Source: a virus (taxonomy: Duplodnaviria > Caudoviricetes). From it: a stretch of DNA of 64,000 nucleotides. Shown here piece by piece: positions 9,327 to 19,953 of the stretch. Location of the stretch: the IMG/VR virus record IMGVR_UViG_3300032243_000867, positions 160,001 through 224,000 of that record; one strand, written 5' to 3'. Within the stretch, counting starts at the first letter, position 1. Every line of letters begins with the position of its first letter. A model generated the notes under the pieces. The model made no database searches and was not told the origin of the DNA. It was given only the letters and a program-made list of their open reading frames with translations. Both the position numbers and the translations under genes were made by a program.

Positions 9327-12300
9327 ATGTCTGAGAGCTTCGGCCCCGGCGTTTCTCGCGTTCTGACCGCACTCGCGCAGCAGTTCACGACCGTCGTTTG
9401 GCAAGCAGACAAGCCTCCGCTGGACAGCGAGCTCAACCTCATGTCGCAGGTGGACTGGGAGAATCTCTCTCAGTTGGTGCGGGCGCAGGTTCACTCGGGG
9501 TTCTTTCTCGACCCCACGCGGTGCGAGGAAGACTACATCGCCAACCCGCTGAACAGCAACCAGTTCATCCTCTCCCCGCCCGCCCTCCCGGATGGGGACT
9601 ACGAGAACGCCCCCGCCCTGTACGCAACGGTGAACGGCTGGGTCATCCCGATCACGGGCGCGTATATGCCTGAGAGCGGCGGTCCCGACGGGGTATCGAA
9701 CAGGATTCTTCTGAACCCGCCGCCCAGCACGGACGGACGTACGGACTTCGTGTTCCTCGAAGTGTGGCGTGCGTTGGTGTCCCCGAACCCGTCCACTACC
9801 AACAAACCCACCGCCAGCACCGTCTTCAAATACGGGAACACCCAGTACGGCGGGACGAATCTCGCGGATCAGATCGAAGACCCCGCCGTGGGCTTCGAGA
9901 CCACCAAGCGGGTCCAGATTCAGTACCGCTTCCGGGTGGTGGGTAGCGGCGGCGGGCTCGGCACCTCGGTGGACCTCAAAACCTTCCCCGATGGGATGAC
10001 CGATCCGGTGGTGCTCGCGCAGGGCACGGCTGCTTCACCCGTTGCGGGATTCACCTTCACGAACATGAGGGATGAGCTAGGCGATCCTTCTCTCTGGCGC
10101 TCGGGCAACGGAGTTCCCTCGAACGCCTTGGGGACCGTAGACGGGTATGTGTATGCCGTGCCGGTGTGTGCGGTGTTCCGGCGCAACTCCACGGAGTTCA
10201 CGGCGGTCGCCACGGGCGGCACGCCGAACCAGAACGGTGGGGTGACCCGCACACCCAGTTCGACCAGCTACCTGAACTCGCGGCTGCTGTTTCAGGCTAC
10301 GCTGAAGAACGACCTGTTGGAAACGACCGTCAGTTGGGTCGAGGTGGCGAACTACGTCGCTTCGGCGCTGAACGACCCCAACCTGTTCCCCGTGGGGACC
10401 ACCCGTAGGTACCTGACCATCGGGGAGGGCATCGACCGCGAAGTCATCGCCATCGACCAGAACCTCGACACCGTTACCTACCCCTCGCACATCCTCATCG
10501 ACCTACTGGGGCGTGGTCGCGCGGGAACCCAGGCCCGGTTCCACCCAGCGGGCACGAAGGTGTCTCTGTATAGCGCCCGCCCCGATGGCCTGTACGCCGA
10601 TCAGATCGCCGTGACGGACATTCTGGATATGCGGCGCTCGGTGAACTTCGGGGACTGGGATTACACCCGATTGCTCCAAAAGGGCGTCGCGGCGCTCATC
10701 CAGAACAACCTCCGTACCACCTTCAAGACCTCGGGCACGGGGGGCGATAGCGCGGGACCCGTCACCACGGAAGTCTCGATCTTCTCGAACACCCTTCCGA
10801 CGCCGAACCACACCAGTCCGGTGGACGCCCCGAACGGCATCCGTACGGTGTGGAGCGATAGCGCGGCGCTCCAGACGGATGTCACGATGATCCTCAACGA
10901 CCAAGCGTCGTTGGACGGGACTCACTACACGGCGACGACCTTCGACAACCTCAGCGCGGGCGTCGCATGGACTCCGGGTGCAGACTTCAAGCCCAACGGG
11001 TTCATGAATTTCGGGGCTACCGGGGACCAGGGCTGGGCGAACGGCTCGGTGATCTTCGTGGACATCGGCGGCGTGGACGGAGTTTCCGGCGCGTTCTACG
11101 GCTCCCTCAACGGTCAGAAGAACGCCCGTTTCGTCGCCCCGTACGAGGTGTGGAAGCCGGGTGAGGTGGACCTGTATTCCCACCAGCCGTGGCAGCTTCG
11201 ATTCCTCGGCGGGGCGAACGGCAACCTTCCCGCTTTGGGCACGTCCGCGAACCAGAACGCCTACCGGGTGGGGTACGTCACCGCCTCGGCGCTCTCTGCT
11301 CCTTCGGGCGCGGTGCTGAACCACCCCGGCCCCATGTTCCCGGTGGCTAGCACGAACTTCGAGCGACCTTTCATCGTCCTCGGCGGTCTGGTGCGTTCCG
11401 ACCTTCGGTTCACGGGGGTGCTAGCGAACAGCACAAACCTCGTGAACGCTGCGGGTCCTCAGTACGAGATCAACATCTCCTCGATCAACTGGAACACGTA
11501 CACGCCCCTCCTCGGTAGGGGTCAGAAGACCCTTCGGGACTACCTCACCAACGACGGGGCTGATTACACGGGTCGGTCTTCTAAGCTGTACCTTGTGGTC
11601 TACGGGGACCCGGACGACCGCGACAACAACGGCGCGTTTCAGGTCATCGGCGCGGGCACCACTGCGGCGACAGACGGGCAGTACACGCAGAACGTATCCT
11701 CCGACATTCACCACTTGGTGGTTCGACCCCTATCGGCGGACTTCAGCGCCTTCGTGAGCAGCCTCACCCAGAAGGTCACCATCGAGTTCCGCTCGCAGGA
11801 GATCAACCTCGAAGACGACGCGGGATCTTCCAACCAGCCCCACGGCGTCGCCGTTGTGCTCACCGACCTCAAGGCAGCGGGGCTCCCCTGGGGCACCGTG
11901 GACGTGGGGTACCGGCTTTTGGAGACCGGCGGCAAGCTCGTCCCGGTCAAGAGCAAGGCCACGCTGACGACGGACCTGCTTTGGTCCCCGTCCCGCGGGG
12001 CGAGCGAGCGGGTGCCCGACCGCCTGGACCGCTTCGGGGTTCGCAACCCCATCGCTTCGTTCGCCCGTAGCCCCGTGTCGGTGCAAGATCCCGGGTTCGT
12101 CACCGACACGGGCTACCCCAGCGGTGACGTGGTGTACGAGGCGACCCAGGTACAACTCTGGAACCGCCTCCCCTCGGAAGGTCTATCGGGTCCGTTCGCT
12201 CCCGCCTTCGGCGGCGCGGTGGTGGGCCTCACGGAGCAGGACCGCGAGGCGGAACTGTTCGTAGACCTCGGCAGCAAGACGGCGGTGTTCCGCCCCCTCA

Positions 12301-14807
12301 CCAAGAAGACCCTGATTCTCAAGGGTCTGAACGTCACCGACGCTTGGTACAGCAGCACGGCGCAGCCCTTCTCGGTGTCTACCACCCTCATCGGCCCGCT
12401 GAACTACCAGCCCGTCGCCCCGTACAACTTCGCCAAGGACGGTCACGGGCTCTTCGCCTCGGGCATTACCCAGGCGTACATCCTGCCCCCGGAGTTCGTC
12501 CCCCGCTTCGGGCGGCAGGACATCCCGTACCACTACTACACGGGTGCCAGCGATCCGATCTACCCGGGCATCAACCACTTGTTCCTCGATCAACCGGGAA
12601 CGTCCGCCGACGTGTTCTACGTCATCGGCGGCGCGGACAACGGGGGTAGTGCCGTAGTGGTGTCCCTTCTGTTCGACACCAACGCGGGGGTTTACGGGGG
12701 GGCTACGAACACGGGGGGTAGCCCTCACCTCTCCTACGCGGCCCGCAAGACGTACCTACCGGACGTGGTGAGCTCGGATCTCGGTGAAGGTATGTGGGGG
12801 ATCGAACTTCCCCCGTACCTCGGAATCGCGCGGTTGTACGGCGTGTACGAGCGCGCCGACTTCCTCGCCCACCAAGACGGCACGAACGTCGGCGCGTTCC
12901 TCAACACGGACCGCACGGCCCCGATCAGCGCGACCCCGCCCACGAACCTTCTTCGCACGGACGCGACGAAGCAGACCCTGTTCATCCGTCAAGGCGGGGG
13001 GAACGACGTGACGCAGTTGGACGACTCGCACACCTACTTGGTGCCCGATTCGGCCATCGACATCACTCGCGTCCCCGCCGCCTACACGGTCCCGAGTGCG
13101 ACGTTCAACAGCTACAACTACGTCGTCGAGTGCGTGGTGTTTGGTTTCGCGGAAGGGTTCATCAACAAGAACTCCTACATCCTCGCCCGCGCCCATGCGG
13201 GTAACGGGACTTCCGTCACCTCCACATCCAACTTGGAGCTCACGTCCGTGGACGTGATGCTGCCCTCCCCGCCCCCGCCGGGAGTTCAGCCGTACGAGGT
13301 GTTCGACCGCACGGTGTACCAGGGCGACCCGTACATGACGCGGGACGGCTCTACGCCCCAGGCGGCGGACTACGGCACCCGGTACGGGCAGATCGCACAG
13401 ACGGATGCCGTGGGCCTTCAGACCTCCGTCACCCCGCAGTCGGAAGTCGAAGTGCCGAACCCGCGCGCCGTGGAAGTCCTCGCTACGATGGACTTCTACA
13501 CCACGCTGGGTACCGGCAAGATCGGTGGGATGCTGTACCAAGACACGGTGACGGACTGCGGGATTACCTCCCCCGCGTCTTTCAGTAGCTACGGCCAGCG
13601 CGTCCCCGCCACCTCTTCGGACTATACCTGGAGAGTGATCCCGAGCGCGTTCACGGCGGGGCAGACGAACAACGAGACGTACGCCCGCGCCTCGGTCAAC
13701 GTCGTGGACTTCACCTTCTTCGACGCTATGGACCTCACGGTGACGTTCACCGTCTCGGGCGTCACGAAGTCCCTCACCGCGGCGGGGGCGAGCTCGCCGG
13801 GATTCTTTGCCGTGGGGTCGAACAACACGGACACGGCCACGGGGCTTGCCACGGCGATCAATCTCGCCGTCAACGGTCTCACTCCGTATGTGCAAGCGGT
13901 CGCCGTGGGTCCCACCGTCACGGTGATCTCGCGGTTCCCCGGAGCGCGCGGTAACGCCGCTACGATCAGCCTGTCGCTGGGCTCTCCCTCGGCGGGGACG
14001 AACATCCTGAACCTCGCCACGGTCCAGAACGCGCAGTCCCTCCCCCGTACGTCTACCAACTTCGCGGGAGGTGTGGATTACCCGGCGAACGCGGGGGACG
14101 GTAGCTCGGTGATCTCCCTCACGGGCATGACCGAACGACTCCCGCTGGGCATCCTCGTTTCGGACAGCGACTTCGCGGCTGAGAACCTCCTCGGGGACGG
14201 GGCTACCTCCCTCCGTTCGTACCAAGGGAGCCTTCGGGCCGTGTACGAGAACGTCCCCCTCACCAGCGGCGGGAAAGAGTACACTCGGTTCATCGGAGAG
14301 CCGGGAACGGTTCTCTCGATGTGCGACGGGTCGATCCTCGAATACTTCGCGTACGACCCGACTCTCTATCCGTCGGGCACGAAGAAGTACCGCATCTACA
14401 GGGGCGGCGGCGCGGGATTTGTGCTTTCGGGCGCGGCCCCCGGCGGGCCTATTACATGGGTCAGCGATTCGTTCGCGGCCAGCGTGCAGCCCGTCCTCAA
14501 GGGCGCGGCCCTCGCGTGCAAGGCGATCCTCGTGCGGAACTACCGGGAGAAAGCCTTTGGGGTTTCCTCCGTCCGCACCGAAGGCGACGAAATCCAGATG
14601 GTGGTGCTCACCCAAGCCGTCTACGGAACGCCCACGACGACGGGGGATGGGGTGACCCTCTCGGGGGTGATCTCCCCCTCGGGCTACGGTCAAGGCTACG
14701 CGGCGGCAGACCGCTACCTCATCCCCGGTCGCCCGATGGATCGGGGGCGCACCCGTAGCACCCGCGATCCGAACGCCACCCCCGCCCCGTACTATCCGGG
14801 CACCTGA
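9327..14807 (+). CDS. Very large baseplate/tail-fibre-associated protein (1826 aa); N-terminus DUF4815/DUF6519-like
   Basis: N-terminal VVWQADKPPLDSELNL; paralogous motifs shared with 58401..61637 (RTDFVFLEVWRA, RVQxQYR, GTVDGxVYAxPxC, RPDGL). Confidence 0.65.
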   Translation: MSESFGPGVSRVLTALAQQFTTVVWQADKPPLDSELNLMSQVDWENLSQLVRAQVHSGFFLDPTRCEEDYIANPLNSNQFILSPPALPDGDYENAPALYATVNGWVIPITGAYMPESGGPDGVSNRILLNPPPSTDGRTDFVFLEVWRALVSPNPSTTNKPTASTVFKYGNTQYGGTNLADQIEDPAVGFETTKRVQIQYRFRVVGSGGGLGTSVDLKTFPDGMTDPVVLAQGTAASPVAGFTFTNMRDELGDPSLWRSGNGVPSNALGTVDGYVYAVPVCAVFRRNSTEFTAVATGGTPNQNGGVTRTPSSTSYLNSRLLFQATLKNDLLETTVSWVEVANYVASALNDPNLFPVGTTRRYLTIGEGIDREVIAIDQNLDTVTYPSHILIDLLGRGRAGTQARFHPAGTKVSLYSARPDGLYADQIAVTDILDMRRSVNFGDWDYTRLLQKGVAALIQNNLRTTFKTSGTGGDSAGPVTTEVSIFSNTLPTPNHTSPVDAPNGIRTVWSDSAALQTDVTMILNDQASLDGTHYTATTFDNLSAGVAWTPGADFKPNGFMNFGATGDQGWANGSVIFVDIGGVDGVSGAFYGSLNGQKNARFVAPYEVWKPGEVDLYSHQPWQLRFLGGANGNLPALGTSANQNAYRVGYVTASALSAPSGAVLNHPGPMFPVASTNFERPFIVLGGLVRSDLRFTGVLANSTNLVNAAGPQYEINISSINWNTYTPLLGRGQKTLRDYLTNDGADYTGRSSKLYLVVYGDPDDRDNNGAFQVIGAGTTAATDGQYTQNVSSDIHHLVVRPLSADFSAFVSSLTQKVTIEFRSQEINLEDDAGSSNQPHGVAVVLTDLKAAGLPWGTVDVGYRLLETGGKLVPVKSKATLTTDLLWSPSRGASERVPDRLDRFGVRNPIASFARSPVSVQDPGFVTDTGYPSGDVVYEATQVQLWNRLPSEGLSGPFAPAFGGAVVGLTEQDREAELFVDLGSKTAVFRPLTKKTLILKGLNVTDAWYSSTAQPFSVSTTLIGPLNYQPVAPYNFAKDGHGLFASGITQAYILPPEFVPRFGRQDIPYHYYTGASDPIYPGINHLFLDQPGTSADVFYVIGGADNGGSAVVVSLLFDTNAGVYGGATNTGGSPHLSYAARKTYLPDVVSSDLGEGMWGIELPPYLGIARLYGVYERADFLAHQDGTNVGAFLNTDRTAPISATPPTNLLRTDATKQTLFIRQGGGNDVTQLDDSHTYLVPDSAIDITRVPAAYTVPSATFNSYNYVVECVVFGFAEGFINKNSYILARAHAGNGTSVTSTSNLELTSVDVMLPSPPPPGVQPYEVFDRTVYQGDPYMTRDGSTPQAADYGTRYGQIAQTDAVGLQTSVTPQSEVEVPNPRAVEVLATMDFYTTLGTGKIGGMLYQDTVTDCGITSPASFSSYGQRVPATSSDYTWRVIPSAFTAGQTNNETYARASVNVVDFTFFDAMDLTVTFTVSGVTKSLTAAGASSPGFFAVGSNNTDTATGLATAINLAVNGLTPYVQAVAVGPTVTVISRFPGARGNAATISLSLGSPSAGTNILNLATVQNAQSLPRTSTNFAGGVDYPANAGDGSSVISLTGMTERLPLGILVSDSDFAAENLLGDGATSLRSYQGSLRAVYENVPLTSGGKEYTRFIGEPGTVLSMCDGSILEYFAYDPTLYPSGTKKYRIYRGGGAGFVLSGAAPGGPITWVSDSFAASVQPVLKGAALACKAILVRNYREKAFGVSSVRTEGDEIQMVVLTQAVYGTPTTTGDGVTLSGVISPSGYGQGYAAADRYLIPGRPMDRGRTRSTRDPNATPAPYYPGT

Positions 14808-14813
14808 CGGTCG

Positions 14814-14823
14814 GCGGGCGTAA
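14814..14823 (+). promoter_or_regulatory. GCGGGCGTAA motif 11 nt upstream of the SNF2 helicase
   Basis: Recurrent motif. Confidence 0.5.
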
Positions 14824-14834
14824 CGTCGGGAGCT

Positions 14835-17597
14835 ATGTCCACCGACGACCTGCTCCCCATCGACGAAACGCCCGCCGATTCCCTTCCCCCCAACCCCGCA
14901 TACGAGAAGCTCAAGAAGATCCGCGAGCGCACGGACCTCGAAGCGCGTCCCTCCGCGTATATGCGGGACGCCTTCACGGCGTTGGACGGCACCCCCCGCC
15001 CGCTGAAGCTCCGTTACTATCAAGTGCAGGGGGTGATGCACCTTCTCGCGATGAAGCGGTTTCTGCTCGGGGACGACACCGGGCTTGGGAAGACCCTTCA
15101 GTCCATCTCGGCCCTGTGCTACCTCTGGGAGCGCACGCCCGACCAGAAGGTGCTGATCCTCACGAGCAAGTCCTCGGTGGAGCAGTGGGCGGGGGAGTTT
15201 CGCAAATTCACGAACGGGGTCACCCCCTTCGTGAGCCGGGGCACGCCCGTTCAGCGCCGCAAGGTGCGGGAAGCGTTCTGGGCGGAGACGGGGCCGACGG
15301 TGCTGGTGATGGGCTACCGCACGGCGGTGCAGGACTTCGCGGAACTGCAAGACCGAGATGGGTACGTCCTCATCACCGACGAGTGCTTCGACTACCACAC
15401 CCCGGTGGTGCTGGCGGATGGTACGACGGAGCTCATCGGAAAGATCGTATCCAAGAGGTTGCCCGTGTCGGTGATGTCTTGGAACCCGGATACGGGGGCG
15501 GTCGAGCCCAAGCCCGTGATCAACTGGTTCCGCAACCCGCTGAACGCGGGCAAGCGGAAAGATTTGTCAAAAGTCTCCTTCGGTTACTCGGGGAACGTCC
15601 GGGTGACTGGGAGCCATGAGTTCTACACGCCGAGCGGGAAGGTCCCGTTGTACAGACTCCGAGTGGGGAGCCCTGTGTACCACTACTCGAACAAGATCCC
15701 CAACGAGGTTCAGTGGCAGGTTCTCTTGGGTTCGCTTCTCGGGGACTCCAGCATCACGTCCCCAGACCGAAATCTTCAAGGGATGGCCTTCGGGCACTGC
15801 GAGGCACAGAGGAAACTTCTGGAGTTCAAGCACTCCGTGCTCTCACAACTAGGGGTGTCCGATATCCGATGGGGGGCTAATGGTGGGTACCCCAAGAAAG
15901 ATGGCACGGAGAAGCTGCACGGCAGGTTCTTTGTGAACGGAAACCCTGCCCTCTCTAGCTTCATCGACAAGTCGGGCATCTGGCGGGAAGGCAAGAAAAG
16001 AGTTACGGCGGAATGGTTGGATCGTATCGGACCTCTCGGGCTGGCTGTCTGGCACGCGGATGACGGAAGCCTCAACACCCATGTAGATTCAAATGGAACC
16101 GTGAGTCACGTTGTGAGCATCAGTACTCACGGGTTCACCCGCGAGGACCACGAACTGATGGTGGGTTGGCTCCGGTGGAAGTGGGGCGTGCGTGCTGAAG
16201 TCAAGACCGCTCGTGCCACCGGGGCGGGTCGAAAGCCTTACTCGTACCTGTATCTCAACCGTAAAGAAACAGAGCGGTTCTTTTCCATCCTGCCGGGGTC
16301 GATTCCGGGCGTTGAGCACAAGTTCCCCGCCGGAATGCCGACTGTAGACGTGTCTGGGAGTTCGACTCCCGTCTGGGGTCTCGTAGAGGACTCCATCACA
16401 GCCATCGAGCGATGGTCACCCCAACCCAACCACAAGTATGTCTACGACATCGAGGTGGAGGGGAACCATAACTACTTCTCCAACGGTACGCTCGTGTCGA
16501 ACTGCTCCGCGTACAAGAACAGCGAGACGCAGGTTCACCAAGTCTGCAAATACCTGTCGAGCAAGGCAGAGCGAACGTGGGCGTTGACCGCCACGCTCAT
16601 CAAGAACAACCTCATCGAGGGGTGGGGCGTGTACAACGTGCTGGTGCCGGGGCTCTTCGGGTCCAAAAACCACTTCATGAACGAATACTGCATCACCCGG
16701 ATGCAGATTCTCCCCGGCACCCGTAGGCAGGTGCCCGTGATTGTCGGGTACCGCCAGCGGGACATCGAGGAGTTCCGCAAGCGCATCGACCCGTACTTTC
16801 TCGGTCGTCCGAAGTTCGAGGTTGCGAGCGAGCTTCCTCCCCTCGTCACCCGTCACGTCAAGGTCGGGATGACCAAGTTGCAGGAAACCAAGTACCAAGA
16901 GGCACTGGAGGGTCTTCTGCTGGTGGGCGAGAAGACCGGGCAGACCGAGGAGAAAGAAGTCACCAAGCTCACCGCCGTCACTTACTGCCAGCAGATCGTG
17001 AACCACCCAGAGCTCATTGGGATCGACGGTGAGAGCGAGAAGCTCGACGCCCTGCTCGACCTCATCACGGACGGGGAGCTCGACGGCGAGAAGGTGATCG
17101 TGTTCACCCGGTTCCGCAAGATGGTGGACATCATCGTTCCGGCCCTCAAGAAGAAGGGTGTGCGGGCGGTGCGGATCACGGGCGCGGAGGACGAGCGGGA
17201 GCGAAAGACCTCGCAGGACGCCTTCCAAGACCCTAAGAGCGACGCGAGGGTGGTGGCGATCACGACCGCCGCTGCGGAAGCCATCAACCTCCAAGCCGCC
17301 AAGGCCCTCATCTTCTATGACACGCCGTGGAGCGCCGGGGACTACCTGCAAATTCTCGGGCGGATGATTCGCATCGGTAGCACCCATGACCGCTGCTACG
17401 CGATTCACCTTGTGACCGAGGGGACCATCGACGACCGGGTGGTGAAAGTTCTCACCAAGAAGATGGGGTTGGTGGAGAGCGTTCTGGGCAAGCGCATCAA
17501 GGGCGAGGACGACGCGGGCGTAACCGTAGACGCGACGAACGACCTCTCCGACCTGTTCTCCGAGCTCATCTCGGACGCCCGCGCGAGGCACAAGTGA
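14835..17597 (+). CDS. SNF2/SF2 helicase containing an intein
   Basis: Q-motif LRYYQ, Walker A GDDTGLGKT, Walker B DE^CSAYKN split by the intein, motif III LTATLIKN, C-terminal AINLQAA..YDTPWS..QILGRMIRIG. Confidence 0.9.
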   Translation: MSTDDLLPIDETPADSLPPNPAYEKLKKIRERTDLEARPSAYMRDAFTALDGTPRPLKLRYYQVQGVMHLLAMKRFLLGDDTGLGKTLQSISALCYLWERTPDQKVLILTSKSSVEQWAGEFRKFTNGVTPFVSRGTPVQRRKVREAFWAETGPTVLVMGYRTAVQDFAELQDRDGYVLITDECFDYHTPVVLADGTTELIGKIVSKRLPVSVMSWNPDTGAVEPKPVINWFRNPLNAGKRKDLSKVSFGYSGNVRVTGSHEFYTPSGKVPLYRLRVGSPVYHYSNKIPNEVQWQVLLGSLLGDSSITSPDRNLQGMAFGHCEAQRKLLEFKHSVLSQLGVSDIRWGANGGYPKKDGTEKLHGRFFVNGNPALSSFIDKSGIWREGKKRVTAEWLDRIGPLGLAVWHADDGSLNTHVDSNGTVSHVVSISTHGFTREDHELMVGWLRWKWGVRAEVKTARATGAGRKPYSYLYLNRKETERFFSILPGSIPGVEHKFPAGMPTVDVSGSSTPVWGLVEDSITAIERWSPQPNHKYVYDIEVEGNHNYFSNGTLVSNCSAYKNSETQVHQVCKYLSSKAERTWALTATLIKNNLIEGWGVYNVLVPGLFGSKNHFMNEYCITRMQILPGTRRQVPVIVGYRQRDIEEFRKRIDPYFLGRPKFEVASELPPLVTRHVKVGMTKLQETKYQEALEGLLLVGEKTGQTEEKEVTKLTAVTYCQQIVNHPELIGIDGESEKLDALLDLITDGELDGEKVIVFTRFRKMVDIIVPALKKKGVRAVRITGAEDERERKTSQDAFQDPKSDARVVAITTAAAEAINLQAAKALIFYDTPWSAGDYLQILGRMIRIGSTHDRCYAIHLVTEGTIDDRVVKVLTKKMGLVESVLGKRIKGEDDAGVTVDATNDLSDLFSELISDARARHK
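15384..16502 (+). mobile_element. Intein (373 aa) with LAGLIDADG homing endonuclease
   Basis: Begins CFDYHTPVVLADG; ends VYDIEVEGNHNYFSNGTLVSN followed by Cys(+1); LAGLIDADG blocks LLGSLLGDSS and LAVWHADDGS. Confidence 0.92.
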
Positions 17598-18412
17598 CGG
17601 ACAATCCCTGCGACAAGTGCTACGGTACGGGCTACCTCGACGCGGGCACAGACGCGCGGGGTATCCCGCTCACCAAGCCATGCCCGTGCCAGATCGCCAA
17701 GGACACGGTGCGAAACGTCAACCGTGCGTGGGCGGGGCTGACCTCCGCCCCGCGGTTGGATCGTAGCCCCCTCACTCGGTACGCGGGAAAGAACGTGTAC
17801 ATCACGGCGACGGACGCGACCCTTCGGGCGCACCTACGTCACGTCGGGCTACGCAATGGCCCCTACTGGGGGTTCAAGGTGGTGACAGACAGCGACATGA
17901 TGACGGCGTGGTTGTCCCCTATCGGCCTTGTCGGGAAGGAGATTCTCGACCCCGACTCTGCCAGCGTGTCTATCGAGAAGGCCACTCTGGTAGACCTCGT
18001 AGACCCGCCCGAGCTTTTGGTAATCCGTCTAGGGGTGAAGTCCGCTCGCAACAGCGCGATGGGGGAAGTTTTCCTCGAAGCCTTGTACCACCGTTCGCAC
18101 GTCGGGAAGCCTACGTGGGTTGTCGATCAGCCCGCCCGACGGTTCGACCCGTCGCACCTCGCGTTCAGTGAGGACGGTCTGCATCACATTCAGCAGTTCC
18201 CTCGCGTTGTGCTGGACGATCTTCAGCCGGGGCTTTCCATCGAGATGGTATCCGGGGATACCGAGACGGAGGTTCCCGCCCCGAAGGCCGGAACATCCCT
18301 CACCCTTTCGGCGGGGTACTCTTCTCCGGGGGCTTCGGTCGCACAGACGACGCGAATTGAGCGTCCCGATCCTATGCCCCGGAAGCGTAACCCGAAGGGG
18401 TTTGGTAAGTGA
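17594..18412 (+). CDS. DnaC/DnaI-like helicase-loader homologue, apparently degenerate ATPase
   Basis: N-terminal CDKCYGTGY..PCPC Zn finger; PELLVIRLG..EVFLEALYHR..KPTWV aligns by eye to DnaC DLLIIDDLG..ELLFEII..R..KPTII; lies directly upstream of dnaB. Confidence 0.55.
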   Translation: MTDNPCDKCYGTGYLDAGTDARGIPLTKPCPCQIAKDTVRNVNRAWAGLTSAPRLDRSPLTRYAGKNVYITATDATLRAHLRHVGLRNGPYWGFKVVTDSDMMTAWLSPIGLVGKEILDPDSASVSIEKATLVDLVDPPELLVIRLGVKSARNSAMGEVFLEALYHRSHVGKPTWVVDQPARRFDPSHLAFSEDGLHHIQQFPRVVLDDLQPGLSIEMVSGDTETEVPAPKAGTSLTLSAGYSSPGASVAQTTRIERPDPMPRKRNPKGFGK

Positions 18413-19953
18413 AATTTCTACTGCGCTCGTGTTTCATCGCGCTCCCCTCCGACGACAAAGAGCTCGCGTTTCGTAACTATCTCGCTCTGTCCGAGAGCGG
18501 GCTGGGCTTCGACGTTCCAGAGGACACGGTGCTGTGGGAGTTCGTGCGCGACTTCGCCCGAACGCACAACCACGCCCCAGACATTCGCACCGTCCGTTCT
18601 CACTTCGAGACGCTGAAGAATCCCGAGGCGGGTGACCGTCTGGAGGTGCTCGCTCCGCTGAAGCCCGTCTTCAAGGGAGACTTCATCAAGCGGCTGGAGG
18701 AGCGGGCGGAGGAGCGCCGTTCCCGAATGGTAGGGGACATCCTCCGAGAAGCCGCGCAGATCCTTCAGACGGGCGTTGAGATCAAGGAGGGCAAGAAGTC
18801 ACGGCATCTTCGCGGCCCCGTAGACGCCGTGCGGTACCTCGTCAACAAGTCTCACGACATCGTGATGCCCACGACGGGTGCGCGGTTGTCGGGCGAGATC
18901 ACCCTCGATGGCGAGGACTTCAAGCGCGAGTACGAGAAGGTCGAGAACGACCCGTTGGCGGGCGTCGGCCAGTACACGGGCATCCAGCAGATGGACGAAG
19001 CCCTGGGCGGGGCGAAGAAGTACGAGCTCTGGACGCACGCGGCGTTCACGGGCGGTCTGAAGTCCACCCTCGCCCTGAACTGGCTGTACAACCAAGCGGT
19101 GTACTACAAGTACGACGGGCTGATCTTCTCGCTGGAGATGCCGTACTCCCAGTGCCGTAGAATTCTCTACGCGATGCATAGCCTCCACGGGAAGTTCCGC
19201 GATGACCGCATCCGTCTGGGCATTCAGAAGTCCCCCGGCCCGAACGTGGGGCTGGACTACGGGAAGATCCGCGACGGCGGGCTGACCGAGACGGAAAAGA
19301 CGTTCCTGATGGATTACGTCATCCCGGACTTCAACAGCGGGTCGTACGGGAAGATCCACATCGAGGTGAGCGACCCGGACAAGTCCGACTTCAACGTGGC
19401 CGACCTCCGAGCGAAGGCGGAACTCATCTACTCGAAGTCACCGTTCAACCTGTTGTTCGTCGATCACGCGGGGTTGCTCGCCCCGCGCCAGTGGGTGCCT
19501 AGCACCACGGAGCGCCTCAACGAAGTGCTGCGCGACCTCAAACGGTTGGCGATGAACTTCAACCGCGGCGCGGGGATGGCGGTAGTCAACCTCTTCCAGA
19601 TCAGCCGTGAGGGTTTTAAGGCTGCGGAGAAGTCCGCCGAGAAAGCGGCGGCGAACGGCGGCAACTACGCCAACGGCCCGTACAACCTAACCCATTTGAG
19701 TTACGCCAACGAATGCGAACGTAGCTCCGACATCGTGACGGCCAGCTACGTTGACAACGACCTCCGGGCGCAGAACAAAGTGCTGTTCCAGTGCCTCAAG
19801 TCCCGCGACCAAGCGCCTTTCCAGAACCACTTTGCGCGGGTCGAGTGGCACTGCCGACGTATCCTAACCTCGCAAGAAGTCCCGATGATGCAGGGCAAGA
19901 AGGACGATATGAAGGTGGACGCGGCTCTGAAAGAAATCGAAGGGATGCTGTGA
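18409..19953 (+). CDS. dnaB: Replicative DnaB-like helicase
   Basis: TGIQQMDEALGG, AAFTGGLKST (H1), FSLEMP (H1a), LFVDHAGLL (H2), LKRLA..VVNLFQISRE (H3), ERSSDIV (H4). Confidence 0.85.
   Translation: MKFLLRSCFIALPSDDKELAFRNYLALSESGLGFDVPEDTVLWEFVRDFARTHNHAPDIRTVRSHFETLKNPEAGDRLEVLAPLKPVFKGDFIKRLEERAEERRSRMVGDILREAAQILQTGVEIKEGKKSRHLRGPVDAVRYLVNKSHDIVMPTTGARLSGEITLDGEDFKREYEKVENDPLAGVGQYTGIQQMDEALGGAKKYELWTHAAFTGGLKSTLALNWLYNQAVYYKYDGLIFSLEMPYSQCRRILYAMHSLHGKFRDDRIRLGIQKSPGPNVGLDYGKIRDGGLTETEKTFLMDYVIPDFNSGSYGKIHIEVSDPDKSDFNVADLRAKAELIYSKSPFNLLFVDHAGLLAPRQWVPSTTERLNEVLRDLKRLAMNFNRGAGMAVVNLFQISREGFKAAEKSAEKAAANGGNYANGPYNLTHLSYANECERSSDIVTASYVDNDLRAQNKVLFQCLKSRDQAPFQNHFARVEWHCRRILTSQEVPMMQGKKDDMKVDAALKEIEGML

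Noticed and set aside
17514-17523. GCGGGCGTAA copy inside the SNF2 3' end
   Set aside because: It lies 70 nt from the next start, unlike the 8-11 nt pattern; it may be chance or an internal promoter, so it was not counted
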